A DNA stretch of 64,000 nt. Origin: an uncultured Chloroflexia bacterium (GTDB lineage Bacteria > Chloroflexota > Limnocylindria > Limnocylindrales > CSP1-4). Below the pieces are notes generated by a model. It was not told the DNA's origin and did not search any database. It was given only the letters and a program-made list of their open reading frames with translations. A program made the translations under genes and the position numbers. The DNA lies in assembly GCA_963766735.1 (NCBI GenBank), contig CAVYBU010000007.1, positions 32,001-96,000 on the forward strand, read 5' to 3'. Positions 20,832-32,409 of the stretch are shown here, one piece after another. Each line of letters opens with the position of its first letter. Positions within the stretch are counted from its first letter, which is position 1.

Positions 20832-23606
20832 ATGACATCAGCGCTCGAGCAGCCAGGCCCGGGTGCCGCGGCGAAGGCCGCTGCGGCCTCTCCGGTGTGG
20901 CACGCGCTCAGCCCCGACGAGGCTCTTGCCGCGCAGGGCGTCTCCGTCGATGCCGGCCTCACGTCGGCCGAGGCCGACTCCCGGCGCGCGACGTACGGCA
21001 GGAACACGTTCGCCGAAGCGAAGAAGGCGTCGACGTGGCAGCGGTTCACCCGCCAGTACGCGGACCCGATGCAGATCGTGCTCGTGGTCGCGGGCGTCAT
21101 CTGCCTGTTCCTGCCCGGCCAGTTCTACACCGGCGTCTTTCTGATCCTGCTCACCCTGTTCAACGCATGGATGGCGATGAACCAGGAGGGCAAGGCAGAG
21201 GCGAGCGCCTCGGCCCTTCAGGGGATGATGGTCGTCAAGGCCAAGGTGCGGCGCAACGGCGATCTAGTCGAGATCCCGATGGAGGAGCTCGTCCCGGGCG
21301 ACATCGTCAACATCGAGGCAGGCGACCTCGTCCCCGCCGACGCGCGCATCCTCACCGCGGCGACCCTCGAGATCGACGAGTCCGCGCTCACCGGCGAGAG
21401 CGTCCCCACCCCCAAGCAGGTCGACTCGGTCGCTGCCGACGCGGCTCTTGGGGACCGCGTGGACCTGGCCTTCATGAACACCCAGGTCACCCGTGGGGCC
21501 GGCACCATCCTGATCATCACCACCGGGATGGCGACCGAGGTGGGCCACATCAGCGGCATGCTCCAGTCAACTACGGTCGAGAAGACACCGCTGACCAAGC
21601 AGCTGGACGTGCTCACGAACCAGATCCTCGTCATCGCCGGCGTCGCGCTTGCGGTCTCGGTCATCCTGGGCCTGTACCGCAAGGTCGAGCTCGATGAGCT
21701 GTTCCTCAGCGCGGTGGCGTTCGCGGTCGCGGCCATCCCGACGGCGCTGCCCGCCGTCGTCACCGCCATCCTGGCGAAGGGCTCGCAGATGCTCGCCGAC
21801 GCGGGCGCCATCATGAAGCGCCTGCGCTCCGTGGAGACCCTGGGCTCGACGTCCGCCATCAACTCGGACAAGACCGGGACCCTCACCCTCAACCAGATGA
21901 CCGCCACCCAGATGGCGATCGTCGGCCGGCGCTACGCGATCAGCGGCGAGGGCTACTCGACGACCGGGCAGATCGCCCACACCGGCGGCCAGCCCGACGT
22001 GCCGCTCGAGCAGTACCTCCTGCCGATGGTCCTGTGCGCAGACGCTGAGGTCAGGGATGGGGGACTGGTGGGTGACCCGACCGAGGGAGCCCTGGTCGTC
22101 CTTGCCGCCAAGGGCGGCGTGGATCCCGCGCTGACGCGAGAGCAGTACCCGCGCGTCGCAACCCTGCCGTTCGACGCTGCGTACAAGATGATGGCCACGT
22201 TCCACCGCATGACGGACGCGAGCGGACGAGACGTCATCCGCTGCTACATCAAGGGAGCCCCGGACCAGCTACTCGCACGCGCGACGAGCGCGCACGGCCC
22301 GGACGGCACCGAAGTGCCCGTTGACCAGCTGCGCGACGCCTACCTGGCCGAGAACGATCGCCTGGGCACGATGGGCCTGCGCGTCATGGCGACGGGCCAG
22401 AAGGACTTCGACCCGGCAACGTTCGACCCGGACGCAGACCTGCTGCCGGCGCTTGACGGCCTCACGCTGCTGGCGATCGTCGGCATCGTCGACCCGCCGC
22501 GTCCGGCTGCGAAGGACGCCATCACCCAGGCGAAGGCGGCCGGGATCCAGGTCCGCATGATCACCGGCGACCACGCGGTCACCGCCGAGGCCATCGCCCG
22601 CCAGCTGGGCATCGAGGGCCGCGCGATCACCGGTGCCGAATTCGGGGCGATGAGCGACGAGGAGGCGATCCGCCAGATCGACGGCATCGGCGTTATCGCC
22701 CGCGTCTCGCCTGAGCACAAGGTCCACCTCGTCGACATCCTGCGCAAGAAGGGTCACGTCGTCGCTATGACCGGCGACGGCGTGAACGATGCCCCAGCGC
22801 TCAAGAGGGCCGACATCGGCATCGCGATGGGGATCACAGGGACGGAAGTCTCCAAGCAGGCCGCCGTCATGATCCTCACGGACGACAACTTCGGGACGAT
22901 TGTCAAGGCCGTCGGGCTCGGCCGCTCCGTGTACGACAACCTGATGCGGTTCATTCGCTTCCAGATGGCGGGCCTGTTCGGGTTCATCGCCACGTTCCTC
23001 GGCGCGTCGCTGTTCAACATCCTGGGCGGGATCCCATTCCTGCCGCTCCAGACGCTCTGGATCAACTTCACCGTCACGACCATCCAGGCGATCGGCCTCG
23101 GCTACGGAAAGCCTCGGGAAGGCCTCATGAAGGAGCCGCCCAGGCCCAAGGAGCAGCAGATCATGCCGCGCCGCCTGACGACCTGGCTCGTGTTCGTCGG
23201 ACTGGTGATGGGTGTCGGCACCCTCGGGGTGCTGTGGTGGGCCAACGACGCCTACGGCGAGGTCGTCGCGCGGACGATGGGTCTCACCGCCTTCTGCCTC
23301 TACCGCCTGTTCTCCTCGCTGGAGAGCGCGGATGAGAGCGAGTCCCTGTTCGGTGGGTCGATCCTCTCGAACCGGCCGCTTCTCATGGGAACGGGCATTT
23401 CCGTCCTGGCGATCATCCTCGCGACCGAGTTCGGCTTCTTCCAGCGTCTGCTGGGCACGACTTCCATGACCGTTGAGCAGTGGGCCGTGTGCATCGTCGT
23501 CCCGCTGTCGCTTATCGTGGTCGAGGAGGTGCGCAAGCTCCTCAAGGTGCGGACCGTTGAGCAACCGGCCACCACACAGGCAGCTTCGGCCGCCGCCGCG
23601 GCATAG
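20832..23606 (+). CDS. P-type ATPase of P2A-like architecture with atypical membrane site
   Basis: TGES, DKTGTLT, KGAP, DPPR, MITGD, GDGVND all intact; TM4 reads IPTALP. Confidence 0.92.
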   Translation: MTSALEQPGPGAAAKAAAASPVWHALSPDEALAAQGVSVDAGLTSAEADSRRATYGRNTFAEAKKASTWQRFTRQYADPMQIVLVVAGVICLFLPGQFYTGVFLILLTLFNAWMAMNQEGKAEASASALQGMMVVKAKVRRNGDLVEIPMEELVPGDIVNIEAGDLVPADARILTAATLEIDESALTGESVPTPKQVDSVAADAALGDRVDLAFMNTQVTRGAGTILIITTGMATEVGHISGMLQSTTVEKTPLTKQLDVLTNQILVIAGVALAVSVILGLYRKVELDELFLSAVAFAVAAIPTALPAVVTAILAKGSQMLADAGAIMKRLRSVETLGSTSAINSDKTGTLTLNQMTATQMAIVGRRYAISGEGYSTTGQIAHTGGQPDVPLEQYLLPMVLCADAEVRDGGLVGDPTEGALVVLAAKGGVDPALTREQYPRVATLPFDAAYKMMATFHRMTDASGRDVIRCYIKGAPDQLLARATSAHGPDGTEVPVDQLRDAYLAENDRLGTMGLRVMATGQKDFDPATFDPDADLLPALDGLTLLAIVGIVDPPRPAAKDAITQAKAAGIQVRMITGDHAVTAEAIARQLGIEGRAITGAEFGAMSDEEAIRQIDGIGVIARVSPEHKVHLVDILRKKGHVVAMTGDGVNDAPALKRADIGIAMGITGTEVSKQAAVMILTDDNFGTIVKAVGLGRSVYDNLMRFIRFQMAGLFGFIATFLGASLFNILGGIPFLPLQTLWINFTVTTIQAIGLGYGKPREGLMKEPPRPKEQQIMPRRLTTWLVFVGLVMGVGTLGVLWWANDAYGEVVARTMGLTAFCLYRLFSSLESADESESLFGGSILSNRPLLMGTGISVLAIILATEFGFFQRLLGTTSMTVEQWAVCIVVPLSLIVVEEVRKLLKVRTVEQPATTQAASAAAAA

Positions 23607-23632
23607 TCCGCACCCGCGAAAGGACGCATTCC

Positions 23633-24508
23633 GTGGCTAAGAAGAAGAACAAGAAGGACAACATGACCAAGCCCGAGGAGGCGAGCCATGACGTGGGGGG
23701 TGTTGAGGCTCCGACCACTCCTGCCGATCCCCCGGCGAAGATGAAGACCAAGGACTACGAGCTCGAGATGGCCCGTCTCCACGGCGAGCTCGTCGCGATG
23801 CAGGAGTGGGTCAAGGCGACCGGCGCCAAGGTCTTGATCGTGTTCGAAGGCCGGGATACCGCGGGCAAGGGGGGCGTGATCAAGCGGATCACCGAGCGAG
23901 TCAGCCCCCGCGTGTTCAAGGTGGTGGCCCTGTCCGCTCCGACGGACCGCGAGAAGTCGCAGATGTACATCCAGCGGTACCTGCCGCACTTCCCGGCCGC
24001 GGGCGAGGTCGTGATCTTCGATCGGAGCTGGTACAACCGTGCCGGCGTCGAGCGGGTCATGGGCTTCTGCACCCCGGAGCAGACCGAGGGCTTCCTCGAG
24101 CAGACCCCGGCTGTCGAGAAGGCCATGGTGGAATCGGGCATCATCCTGATCAAGTACTGGCTGGAGGTCAGCGCGGACGAGCAGACGCGCCGTCTGGAGG
24201 GCCGTATCCACGACCCGCGGAAGGTGTGGAAGCTGACCGACATGGACCTCAAGTCCTACAGCCGCTGGACGGACTACTCGCGGGCGCGGGATGCCATGTT
24301 CGCGGCGACGGACACGCCCTGGGCACCCTGGTACATCGCACGCACGGACGACAAGAAGAAGGGCCGGCTCAACATCATCACCCACCTGCTGAGCCAGGTG
24401 CCCTATGAGCCGCTCGAAACCAAGGACATCACGTTGCCGAAGCGCAGGGTGAGCGCCAGGTCCGCCGAGTCGAAGCTGCCCCTCAAGTACATCCCGACGC
24501 CGTTCTGA
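23633..24508 (+). CDS. ppk2: Polyphosphate kinase 2
   Basis: FEGRDTAGKGG Walker A, FDRSWYNR, RARDAMF lid, DDKKKGRLN. Confidence 0.95.
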   Translation: MAKKKNKKDNMTKPEEASHDVGGVEAPTTPADPPAKMKTKDYELEMARLHGELVAMQEWVKATGAKVLIVFEGRDTAGKGGVIKRITERVSPRVFKVVALSAPTDREKSQMYIQRYLPHFPAAGEVVIFDRSWYNRAGVERVMGFCTPEQTEGFLEQTPAVEKAMVESGIILIKYWLEVSADEQTRRLEGRIHDPRKVWKLTDMDLKSYSRWTDYSRARDAMFAATDTPWAPWYIARTDDKKKGRLNIITHLLSQVPYEPLETKDITLPKRRVSARSAESKLPLKYIPTPF

Positions 24509-24704
24509 CGGGAGCGGTCTGGGTCCCGTTGGCGTGACCGACGGTCCCTCAGATCAGCTTTTGCTTTCGGGGAGTTCCGGGGTCAGACGCCCCAAGCCAA
24601 GGGCATCGATGATCTCGATCCCCGTCTCGGGCGGATAGGAAGCGATGCCGCGTCCAGGAGCTTCGTGGTGGCGCGGCCGTCGGCACGGCGGCTGGCCCGT
24701 CGGG

Positions 24705-24893
24705 CTACCAGTGCCGGGCGCGCTGGAGGGCGTAGAGGCCCAGGTACACCGCGATGCCGATTCCCGCTCCCACCAGCACGATCACGCCATGGAGCTCCGC
24801 GGGAACCGTGGCCGAGAAGGCCATGAGCGCGATCTCGAGGATCACCACCGCGGCGACGACAACGACCCAATGACGACCATTCCGGACTGTCAT
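24705..24893 (-). CDS. Small two-TM membrane protein (62 aa)
   Basis: GGAGGT RBS before the ATG at 24893; MTVRNGRHWVVVVAAVV.. two hydrophobic helices. Confidence 0.55.
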   Translation of the reverse strand: MTVRNGRHWVVVVAAVVILEIALMAFSATVPAELHGVIVLVGAGIGIAVYLGLYALQRARHW

Positions 24894-25083
24894 CGACCAC
24901 CTCCGTCGTCGCCAAGTCTGGCGCGAAACAGGATGACCGCAAGTGTCGATGGTCACCGGCGCAGGCTCCGGCCCCGGGGGCGGGCGGTCGCCCGGCGCAT
25001 AATGGCGCTCGCCCATCACTCGGCCGACGAGGCACACGAGCCCCCACGGCAGGCCGACCGGACTCGACAGCAGGGATCGCCGA

Positions 25084-27858
25084 ATGACCCAACGGACGAA
25101 CGTGGCTCTCGTGGTGAACGGCACCCCCCGTAGCCTCGACGTCCCCCCGGGGTGGCGGCTCCTGGACCTGCTCCGTGATGGTCTCGGCCTGGTCGGGAGC
25201 AAGGAAGGATGCGACGACGGCACGTGCGGGACGTGCGTCGTCATGGTCGACGGGAAGGCGCTGCGTGCCTGCCGGACGTCTGCGACGAAGGCGGCGGGAA
25301 GCCAGGTCCTGACCATCGAGGGGCTCGGGAGCGTCGAACGTCCGCACGCACTGCAAGAGGCGTTCGTGGCGGCCGATGCGGTCCAGTGCGGGTTCTGCAC
25401 CCCCGGCATGATCATGGCTGCCGCGGCGCTGCTCGAGCGCAATCCCCATCCCAGCCGGGGCGAGATCGGCCAGTGGCTCGGCAGCAACCTCTGTCGCTGC
25501 ACCGGGTACGAGAGCATCGTGGACGCGATCGAGTGGGCAGCCAACGGGCAACAGGGCTCGCCGCGCGCCTGGCCTGCGCAGGCGGATGGCGCGACGCAGC
25601 CGCCGGAGGGGGCCGGTCATCGGCGCGTGGATGCGCTGGACAAGGCCACCGGCCGCGCGCTCTACGCGGCGGATCTGGCGGTCGATGGGATGCTGCATGC
25701 CCGGGCTCTGCGCAGCCCGCACGCGCACGCGGAGATCATCCGTATCGATACGGAGCGCGCGCGACAGCTGTCTGGCGTCTTGGCGATCCTGACCGCTTCG
25801 GACGTCCCCGAGAACAGCTACGGACGCAAGGTGAAGGACGAGCCGGTCCTTGCGGATGCCAGGGTCCGGAAGGCGGGCGACCCGGTCGCTTTGGTCGTGG
25901 CGACCTCGCCCGAGGTGGCGGCCTCGGCGCTCGCGGTGATCGAGGTGGAATACCGACAGCTCCCCGCCGTGTTCACGCCTGATGAGGCACTCGCGGACGG
26001 CGCACCGGCGATCCATCCAGGGGGCAACCTGCTGGCGGAGAACTGGCTGCGGTCGGGCAACATCGAGGACGGATTCGGGCGCTCCGATGTCGTGGTGGAG
26101 AGCACCTACACGACCCCCTGGAATGAGCACGCCTACCTCGAGCCGGAAGCGGCGCTCGCCTACTGGGAGGAAGACACGCTCGTCGTCCGGACGGCGACGC
26201 AGTACTCGCACTACCAGCGGGCCGAGATCGCGAGGACGCTTGGCCTGCCAGTCGAGCGGGTCCGTGTGCTTCCCACCGTCGTCGGGGGCGCATTCGGAGG
26301 CAAGACCGAGATCTCGTGCCAGTGCCTTGCTGCGCTGGCCACGTACCGCACAGGCCGGCCGGTCAGGATCGTCTACAGCCGGGCAGAGTCGTTTGCGACG
26401 ACGACGAAGCGGCATCCGTACCGGATCCGATGCCGGAGCGGCGCTACCCGGGACGGAAGCCTCACGGCCCTCCAGGTGGACATGGTCGCCGACACCGGCG
26501 CGTACGCCTCGTTCGGCCCCGGGCTGATGGTCAAGACGTTCGCCTCGGCGGCGGGTCCGTACCGCTGGCCGCACATCGAGCTTCACGGACGGGTGGCGTT
26601 CACCAACAACCCGACGGCCGGTTGCATGCGCGGCCCAGGCACAACGCAGGTCGCCTTCGCCGTTGAATCGCAGATGGACCAGCTCGCCGAGAAGCTGGGC
26701 ATGGATCCCCTCGCGTTCCGGGAGAAGAACGGGCTGCGGCACGGCGACAGGCTCCTGTCCGGACAGGTACTCGAGCGCGACCCGGCCTACGGCTCAACGC
26801 TCGAGGCGGTCCGGCCGCACTGGCTGGAGGCGAGGGCGAGGTGCGCCGAGCCGGGGGCCGGCGATGGCCCGGTGCGGCGAGGGGTCGGGGTGGCCTCGGT
26901 CTGGTACGGCATCGGTGGTGGTGGCGGCGGCCCCGTTCCCGGCCAGGACCCCGCGCTCACGGTGGGGCGCGGGCCAGGGCGAGCAGCGATCGACCTTGGC
27001 GCTGATGGTTCGATCACGCTGAGGACCGGCGCGCTCGACCTCGGACAGGGGTCCTCCACCGCCCTGGGCATCATTGCCGCGGAGGAGATCGGCGTCCCGT
27101 TCGATCAGGTGGACGTCCTGACCGGCGACACGGCCACGTGCCCGGACGCCGGCCCCGCGGTGGGCAGCCGGGTGACGTTCTTTGTCGGCAACGCGGTGCG
27201 GAATGCGGCAGCCGACTTCCGGGAGGCGATCCTGGGCACCGCAAGCGGGCTGCTTGATCGTCCGTTCGGGGAGCTCGAGGTCCACGGTGCGCAGGTCAGG
27301 AGCCGCGGAGGTCCCGAGGTTGCGATACCGCTGTCCGGTATCGCCCGGGCGAGGGCGGAGGTGGGACGCACCAACACGTTCGAGGGCTACTTCGACGCCG
27401 ACGTCCCCGCCTACGACCCCAGCCTTGGGCAGGGCGAGCCCTACGCGATGTACGTCAGCGGGACGCAGATGGCGGAGGTCGAGGTCGACACGAGGACGGG
27501 CGCGGTGCGGGTCCTGCGCGTGGTCGCCGCCCACGACGTGGGGAGGGCGGTCTTTCCCGAGGGCGTCGTCGGCCAGATCGAAGGCGGGATCGCCATGGGC
27601 CTGGGGTTCGCCCTCACCGAGGAGTTCATTCCCGGGGCGACCACCGGCTTCAAGCAGTACCGGGTGCCTCGCACGAGGGACATGCCCGAGATGGTCACGC
27701 TGCTCGTCGGTGGGGCCGGGGGGCCGCCCGAGCTGGAGGCCAAGGGCGTGGCCGAGTGCTCGAACATGGTCGTCGCTCCGGCCATCACGGGGGCGATCGC
27801 CCACGCGACGGGAGTCCGGGTCGTGGATCTGCCGGTGAGGCTCGCGCGCCGCGACTGA
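25084..27858 (+). CDS. Xanthine dehydrogenase/aldehyde oxidoreductase family molybdoenzyme with fused 2x[2Fe-2S] domain
   Basis: GCDDGTCGTC, QCGFCTPG, NLCRCTGY; HAYLEP, GGAFGGK, MRGPG, GQG, GQIEGG, AKGVAE. Confidence 0.92.
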   Translation: MTQRTNVALVVNGTPRSLDVPPGWRLLDLLRDGLGLVGSKEGCDDGTCGTCVVMVDGKALRACRTSATKAAGSQVLTIEGLGSVERPHALQEAFVAADAVQCGFCTPGMIMAAAALLERNPHPSRGEIGQWLGSNLCRCTGYESIVDAIEWAANGQQGSPRAWPAQADGATQPPEGAGHRRVDALDKATGRALYAADLAVDGMLHARALRSPHAHAEIIRIDTERARQLSGVLAILTASDVPENSYGRKVKDEPVLADARVRKAGDPVALVVATSPEVAASALAVIEVEYRQLPAVFTPDEALADGAPAIHPGGNLLAENWLRSGNIEDGFGRSDVVVESTYTTPWNEHAYLEPEAALAYWEEDTLVVRTATQYSHYQRAEIARTLGLPVERVRVLPTVVGGAFGGKTEISCQCLAALATYRTGRPVRIVYSRAESFATTTKRHPYRIRCRSGATRDGSLTALQVDMVADTGAYASFGPGLMVKTFASAAGPYRWPHIELHGRVAFTNNPTAGCMRGPGTTQVAFAVESQMDQLAEKLGMDPLAFREKNGLRHGDRLLSGQVLERDPAYGSTLEAVRPHWLEARARCAEPGAGDGPVRRGVGVASVWYGIGGGGGGPVPGQDPALTVGRGPGRAAIDLGADGSITLRTGALDLGQGSSTALGIIAAEEIGVPFDQVDVLTGDTATCPDAGPAVGSRVTFFVGNAVRNAAADFREAILGTASGLLDRPFGELEVHGAQVRSRGGPEVAIPLSGIARARAEVGRTNTFEGYFDADVPAYDPSLGQGEPYAMYVSGTQMAEVEVDTRTGAVRVLRVVAAHDVGRAVFPEGVVGQIEGGIAMGLGFALTEEFIPGATTGFKQYRVPRTRDMPEMVTLLVGGAGGPPELEAKGVAECSNMVVAPAITGAIAHATGVRVVDLPVRLARRD

Positions 27859-27937
27859 CGCGACGAGGCGCAGACCCGCGGTCCGCCACGGAGCGTTCGT
27901 ATCGCGAGTTCCACGCAGTCGGTACCCTTGACCGGTC

Positions 27938-29614
<1,677 letters not shown>

Positions 29615-29690
29615 CGGCCACCCGGCTCCGACCGGCGTATCGGGCCGTTTGTCACTGTCCGGTGCGGCGGTCCTTCGGCACCCTCAGCAG

Positions 29691-30155
29691 ATGCGCAGGC
29701 TCATTCTCGGCGCGGGCGCGATCATCGTCATCGCCTTCGTTGCCATCCAGGTCGTGCCCTACGGCCGCGACCACGGCAACCCTCCCGTCACCGGCGAGCC
29801 GCCGTGGGACTCCGCAGCGACACGCGAGCTTGCCGTGAGGGCCTGCTTCGACTGCCACAGCAACGAGACCAATTGGCCGTGGTACTCGAACATCGCGCCA
29901 ATCTCATGGCGCCTCCAGAAGCACGTCGACGAGGGACGCGAGAAGCTCAACTTCTCGGAGTGGGGGAGCGGGGAGCAGGAGACGGAGAAGATCGTCAAGG
30001 TCGTCCAGGAAGGCGAGATGCCGCCCTGGGACTACCTCATCCCCCACGCGGAGGCCAGGTTGTCGGACGCGGAGACGCAGTCGCTCCTCGATGGGCTCGG
30101 CAGGACGTTCGGTGCCGGCTCGGTCGGAGAGGGCAGCGAAGGCGACGAGGACTAG
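29691..30155 (+). CDS. Heme-binding (Haem_bd) cytochrome c domain protein
   Basis: N-terminal TM, ACFDCHSNET CxxCH, WPWYS, EMPP. Confidence 0.85.
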   Translation: MRRLILGAGAIIVIAFVAIQVVPYGRDHGNPPVTGEPPWDSAATRELAVRACFDCHSNETNWPWYSNIAPISWRLQKHVDEGREKLNFSEWGSGEQETEKIVKVVQEGEMPPWDYLIPHAEARLSDAETQSLLDGLGRTFGAGSVGEGSEGDED

Positions 30156-30179
30156 CGACTTCGCCCCGGGGGCCGTCGC

Positions 30180-32369
30180 TCAGGCGGCGGTGACGTCCTC
30201 ACCGGCCGGCGTCCGTTCCGGCATCGGCAGGGGTGCGGCGCTCCCGTCCTTGCCGAAGCGCTGGTCGAGGTGCCTCTCCGCCCAGCGACGGATCTGGCGG
30301 TAGACGGCCGGAGCCCCGACCAGCTCCTCGTCGAGCTCCCAGTCCGCCGGGTGCATGATGACCGGCAGGGTCTGCGGGCCGCCCAGGCCGCCGTGGGAGC
30401 CGATGAGCTCCTCGAATGCTGCGACCTCCTCGAACTCGGGGTCGTACAGGCTGATCACGGAGAGGTCGGGCACGTAGTCCATCCCGTCGAGACGCAGGAG
30501 TGCCTCGCGCGACCGGCCGCCGTACTGGGCGACCGGGTCCACGCCCTCGACGCGGTTCTCCTCCAGGTAGTTGATGCCCTCCCGACCGATCACGATGGAG
30601 CCGTGCTCCTCGGACTTGATGAGCATCGCCCCGATGCCCTGGTGCCGGGCCAGCGTGTCGACGAGACCCGGGTGCGCCTCGGCGAGCTGCTCCAGCGTCA
30701 CCCGTCCGGGCATCTGCGGGAAGTAGACGAGGCCCAGGTTGCCCGACGCGATGGCGATCAGGTCTGGGCGCTCCGCGGGTGCCTCACCGGCCACCGCCGG
30801 CGCCTCACGCTTCTCCTCTCCGGAGGGCCTGAGCTCCACGACACCATCCGAGGTCTGTGAGCGCAGGGCCGTCCGGGCAACCCTCCCGGAGACCCCCTTC
30901 GTGCTCGTCAGGTCGGACAGGAAGGCGTTCGTCGGCCCCCACTCCTCGACGCGGGCGGTTTCCTCCTCCATCTTCGTATCGCCACGCATCAGCCCCTTGA
31001 CCACGTCGCCGAGCGTCTTGCCGTAGCGCTGGAGGAACGTCGCGCCGAGGGTCTGGCCGTGGTCGGACACGATGATGAAACGGTACGGGCGAGGCGCGGA
31101 CGCCGCGGCCTTCTCCAGCGTCGCGATCGCCCGATCCACGCCGTCGAGGGCGTCGAGCGTTTCGGCCCGCTCGGGCCCGCTGTGGTGCGCGATCTCGTCG
31201 TAGTCGGTGTAGTCGACGTAGATGACCGGCGCGCCGCGGTACATCTCCTCGATGACCAGGGATGTCGACAGGTCGCGGAGGCCCACGTTGGTGGCGGCCC
31301 GCGCGATGGGGTAGGGCCGGCCGCGGTGCATCCGGGGGACGATGCCGGCCCGGACCTGGCGGCGCGCCTGGATGTTCTCCTTGATGATCTCGGCCACGAA
31401 GCGGACGATCGTGCCGAGGTAGTTGTACGGGCTGGCGAAGAACGTCATGAAGGTCTGGCTCTGGCCCAGGCCCTGTCCCTTGTCCTTGATCGTGGCCATG
31501 GTGATGTACGAGCGGACCGCATCGCCGGAGAAGAGGTTGCCGACGCTGGCCCCGTCGTTCGAGCACAGCCCCTCGCCATTCGAGATCCGGGTCGCAACCT
31601 CCATTGCGTCAGCCGGATGGTTGGCGACCATGACCCGGCCGAGCTCCTTCTCGTACCAGCGGAAAGCCGGGATACCGTCGTTGTTGCCGTGAAGGATCCC
31701 GGCCTGGCTGGCCGGGGTGGTGGGCGGCAGGAGCGCCTCCCAGCTCGAGAGGCTGTACCGGCCGGAGCGAACCCAGTTGGACAGGTGCGGGACGCGGCCG
31801 GCCCGGATCTGGCGGACCAGGATCGGGTGGGCGAGACCGTCGATCTGGATGACGACGAGGCCTGGCTTGTCAGTCCGGACCACGCCCTCCCGGCGGGCGG
31901 CTACCTGCTGCATGAGGACCGCGAAGTACGAGTCGTCGCTGGAGATCGAGAAGACCGCGACGAGGATGGTGTTCACCGTCGCGTAGACGAACGACGCGAT
32001 CAGCGCGGCCAGGATGCCGTTCACCTGCAGATCGCTCACGAAGACCGGCAGGAGCAGGAAGGATGCGACCTGGAAGATGAGCGTCGCGATGACGACGGCA
32101 ATGACCGAGATCCCGGCGAACAGGGCCAGGAACAGCGGCCGGACCAGGAGGTTCAGCAGCCCGAGCACGATCGCCGCGAGCGTCAGGGTGCCGATGATCG
32201 GGGCGCCGGAGACCAGATTGACGCCCGGCATGATCACGACCACGCCGGCCAGTGACACGACGCTGATCACGAGCGTGACGAGCAGGCGGCGAATGCGAGC
32301 GCCGCGGGTCGGCTGCCAGGTCCGCATGACCTGGATCTGGAGCCTGTAGAAGTCGATCACCCCGCGCAT
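30180..32369 (-). CDS. Phage-holin-family (4TM) domain fused to an alkaline phosphatase/phosphodiesterase domain
   Basis: N-terminal LGLLNLLVRP holin-like TMs; IQIDGL, TTPASQAGILHG, DYDEIAHH, VSDHG, GSHGG metal-site motifs. Confidence 0.8.
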   Translation of the reverse strand: MRGVIDFYRLQIQVMRTWQPTRGARIRRLLVTLVISVVSLAGVVVIMPGVNLVSGAPIIGTLTLAAIVLGLLNLLVRPLFLALFAGISVIAVVIATLIFQVASFLLLPVFVSDLQVNGILAALIASFVYATVNTILVAVFSISSDDSYFAVLMQQVAARREGVVRTDKPGLVVIQIDGLAHPILVRQIRAGRVPHLSNWVRSGRYSLSSWEALLPPTTPASQAGILHGNNDGIPAFRWYEKELGRVMVANHPADAMEVATRISNGEGLCSNDGASVGNLFSGDAVRSYITMATIKDKGQGLGQSQTFMTFFASPYNYLGTIVRFVAEIIKENIQARRQVRAGIVPRMHRGRPYPIARAATNVGLRDLSTSLVIEEMYRGAPVIYVDYTDYDEIAHHSGPERAETLDALDGVDRAIATLEKAAASAPRPYRFIIVSDHGQTLGATFLQRYGKTLGDVVKGLMRGDTKMEEETARVEEWGPTNAFLSDLTSTKGVSGRVARTALRSQTSDGVVELRPSGEEKREAPAVAGEAPAERPDLIAIASGNLGLVYFPQMPGRVTLEQLAEAHPGLVDTLARHQGIGAMLIKSEEHGSIVIGREGINYLEENRVEGVDPVAQYGGRSREALLRLDGMDYVPDLSVISLYDPEFEEVAAFEELIGSHGGLGGPQTLPVIMHPADWELDEELVGAPAVYRQIRRWAERHLDQRFGKDGSAAPLPMPERTPAGEDVTAA

Positions 32370-32409
32370 CTCGCCTCCCTCGTCCTCTGTATACCCACGC
32401 TGGTTCGGC

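Noticed and set aside
25084-27858. Aerobic CO dehydrogenase large subunit
   Set aside because: Lacks the AYxCSFR or AYxGAGR signature, and there is no coxM/coxS operon.
30180-32369. Prophage suggested by the holin-like domain
   Set aside because: The domain is fused to a phosphodiesterase, and no other phage genes occur in the window.
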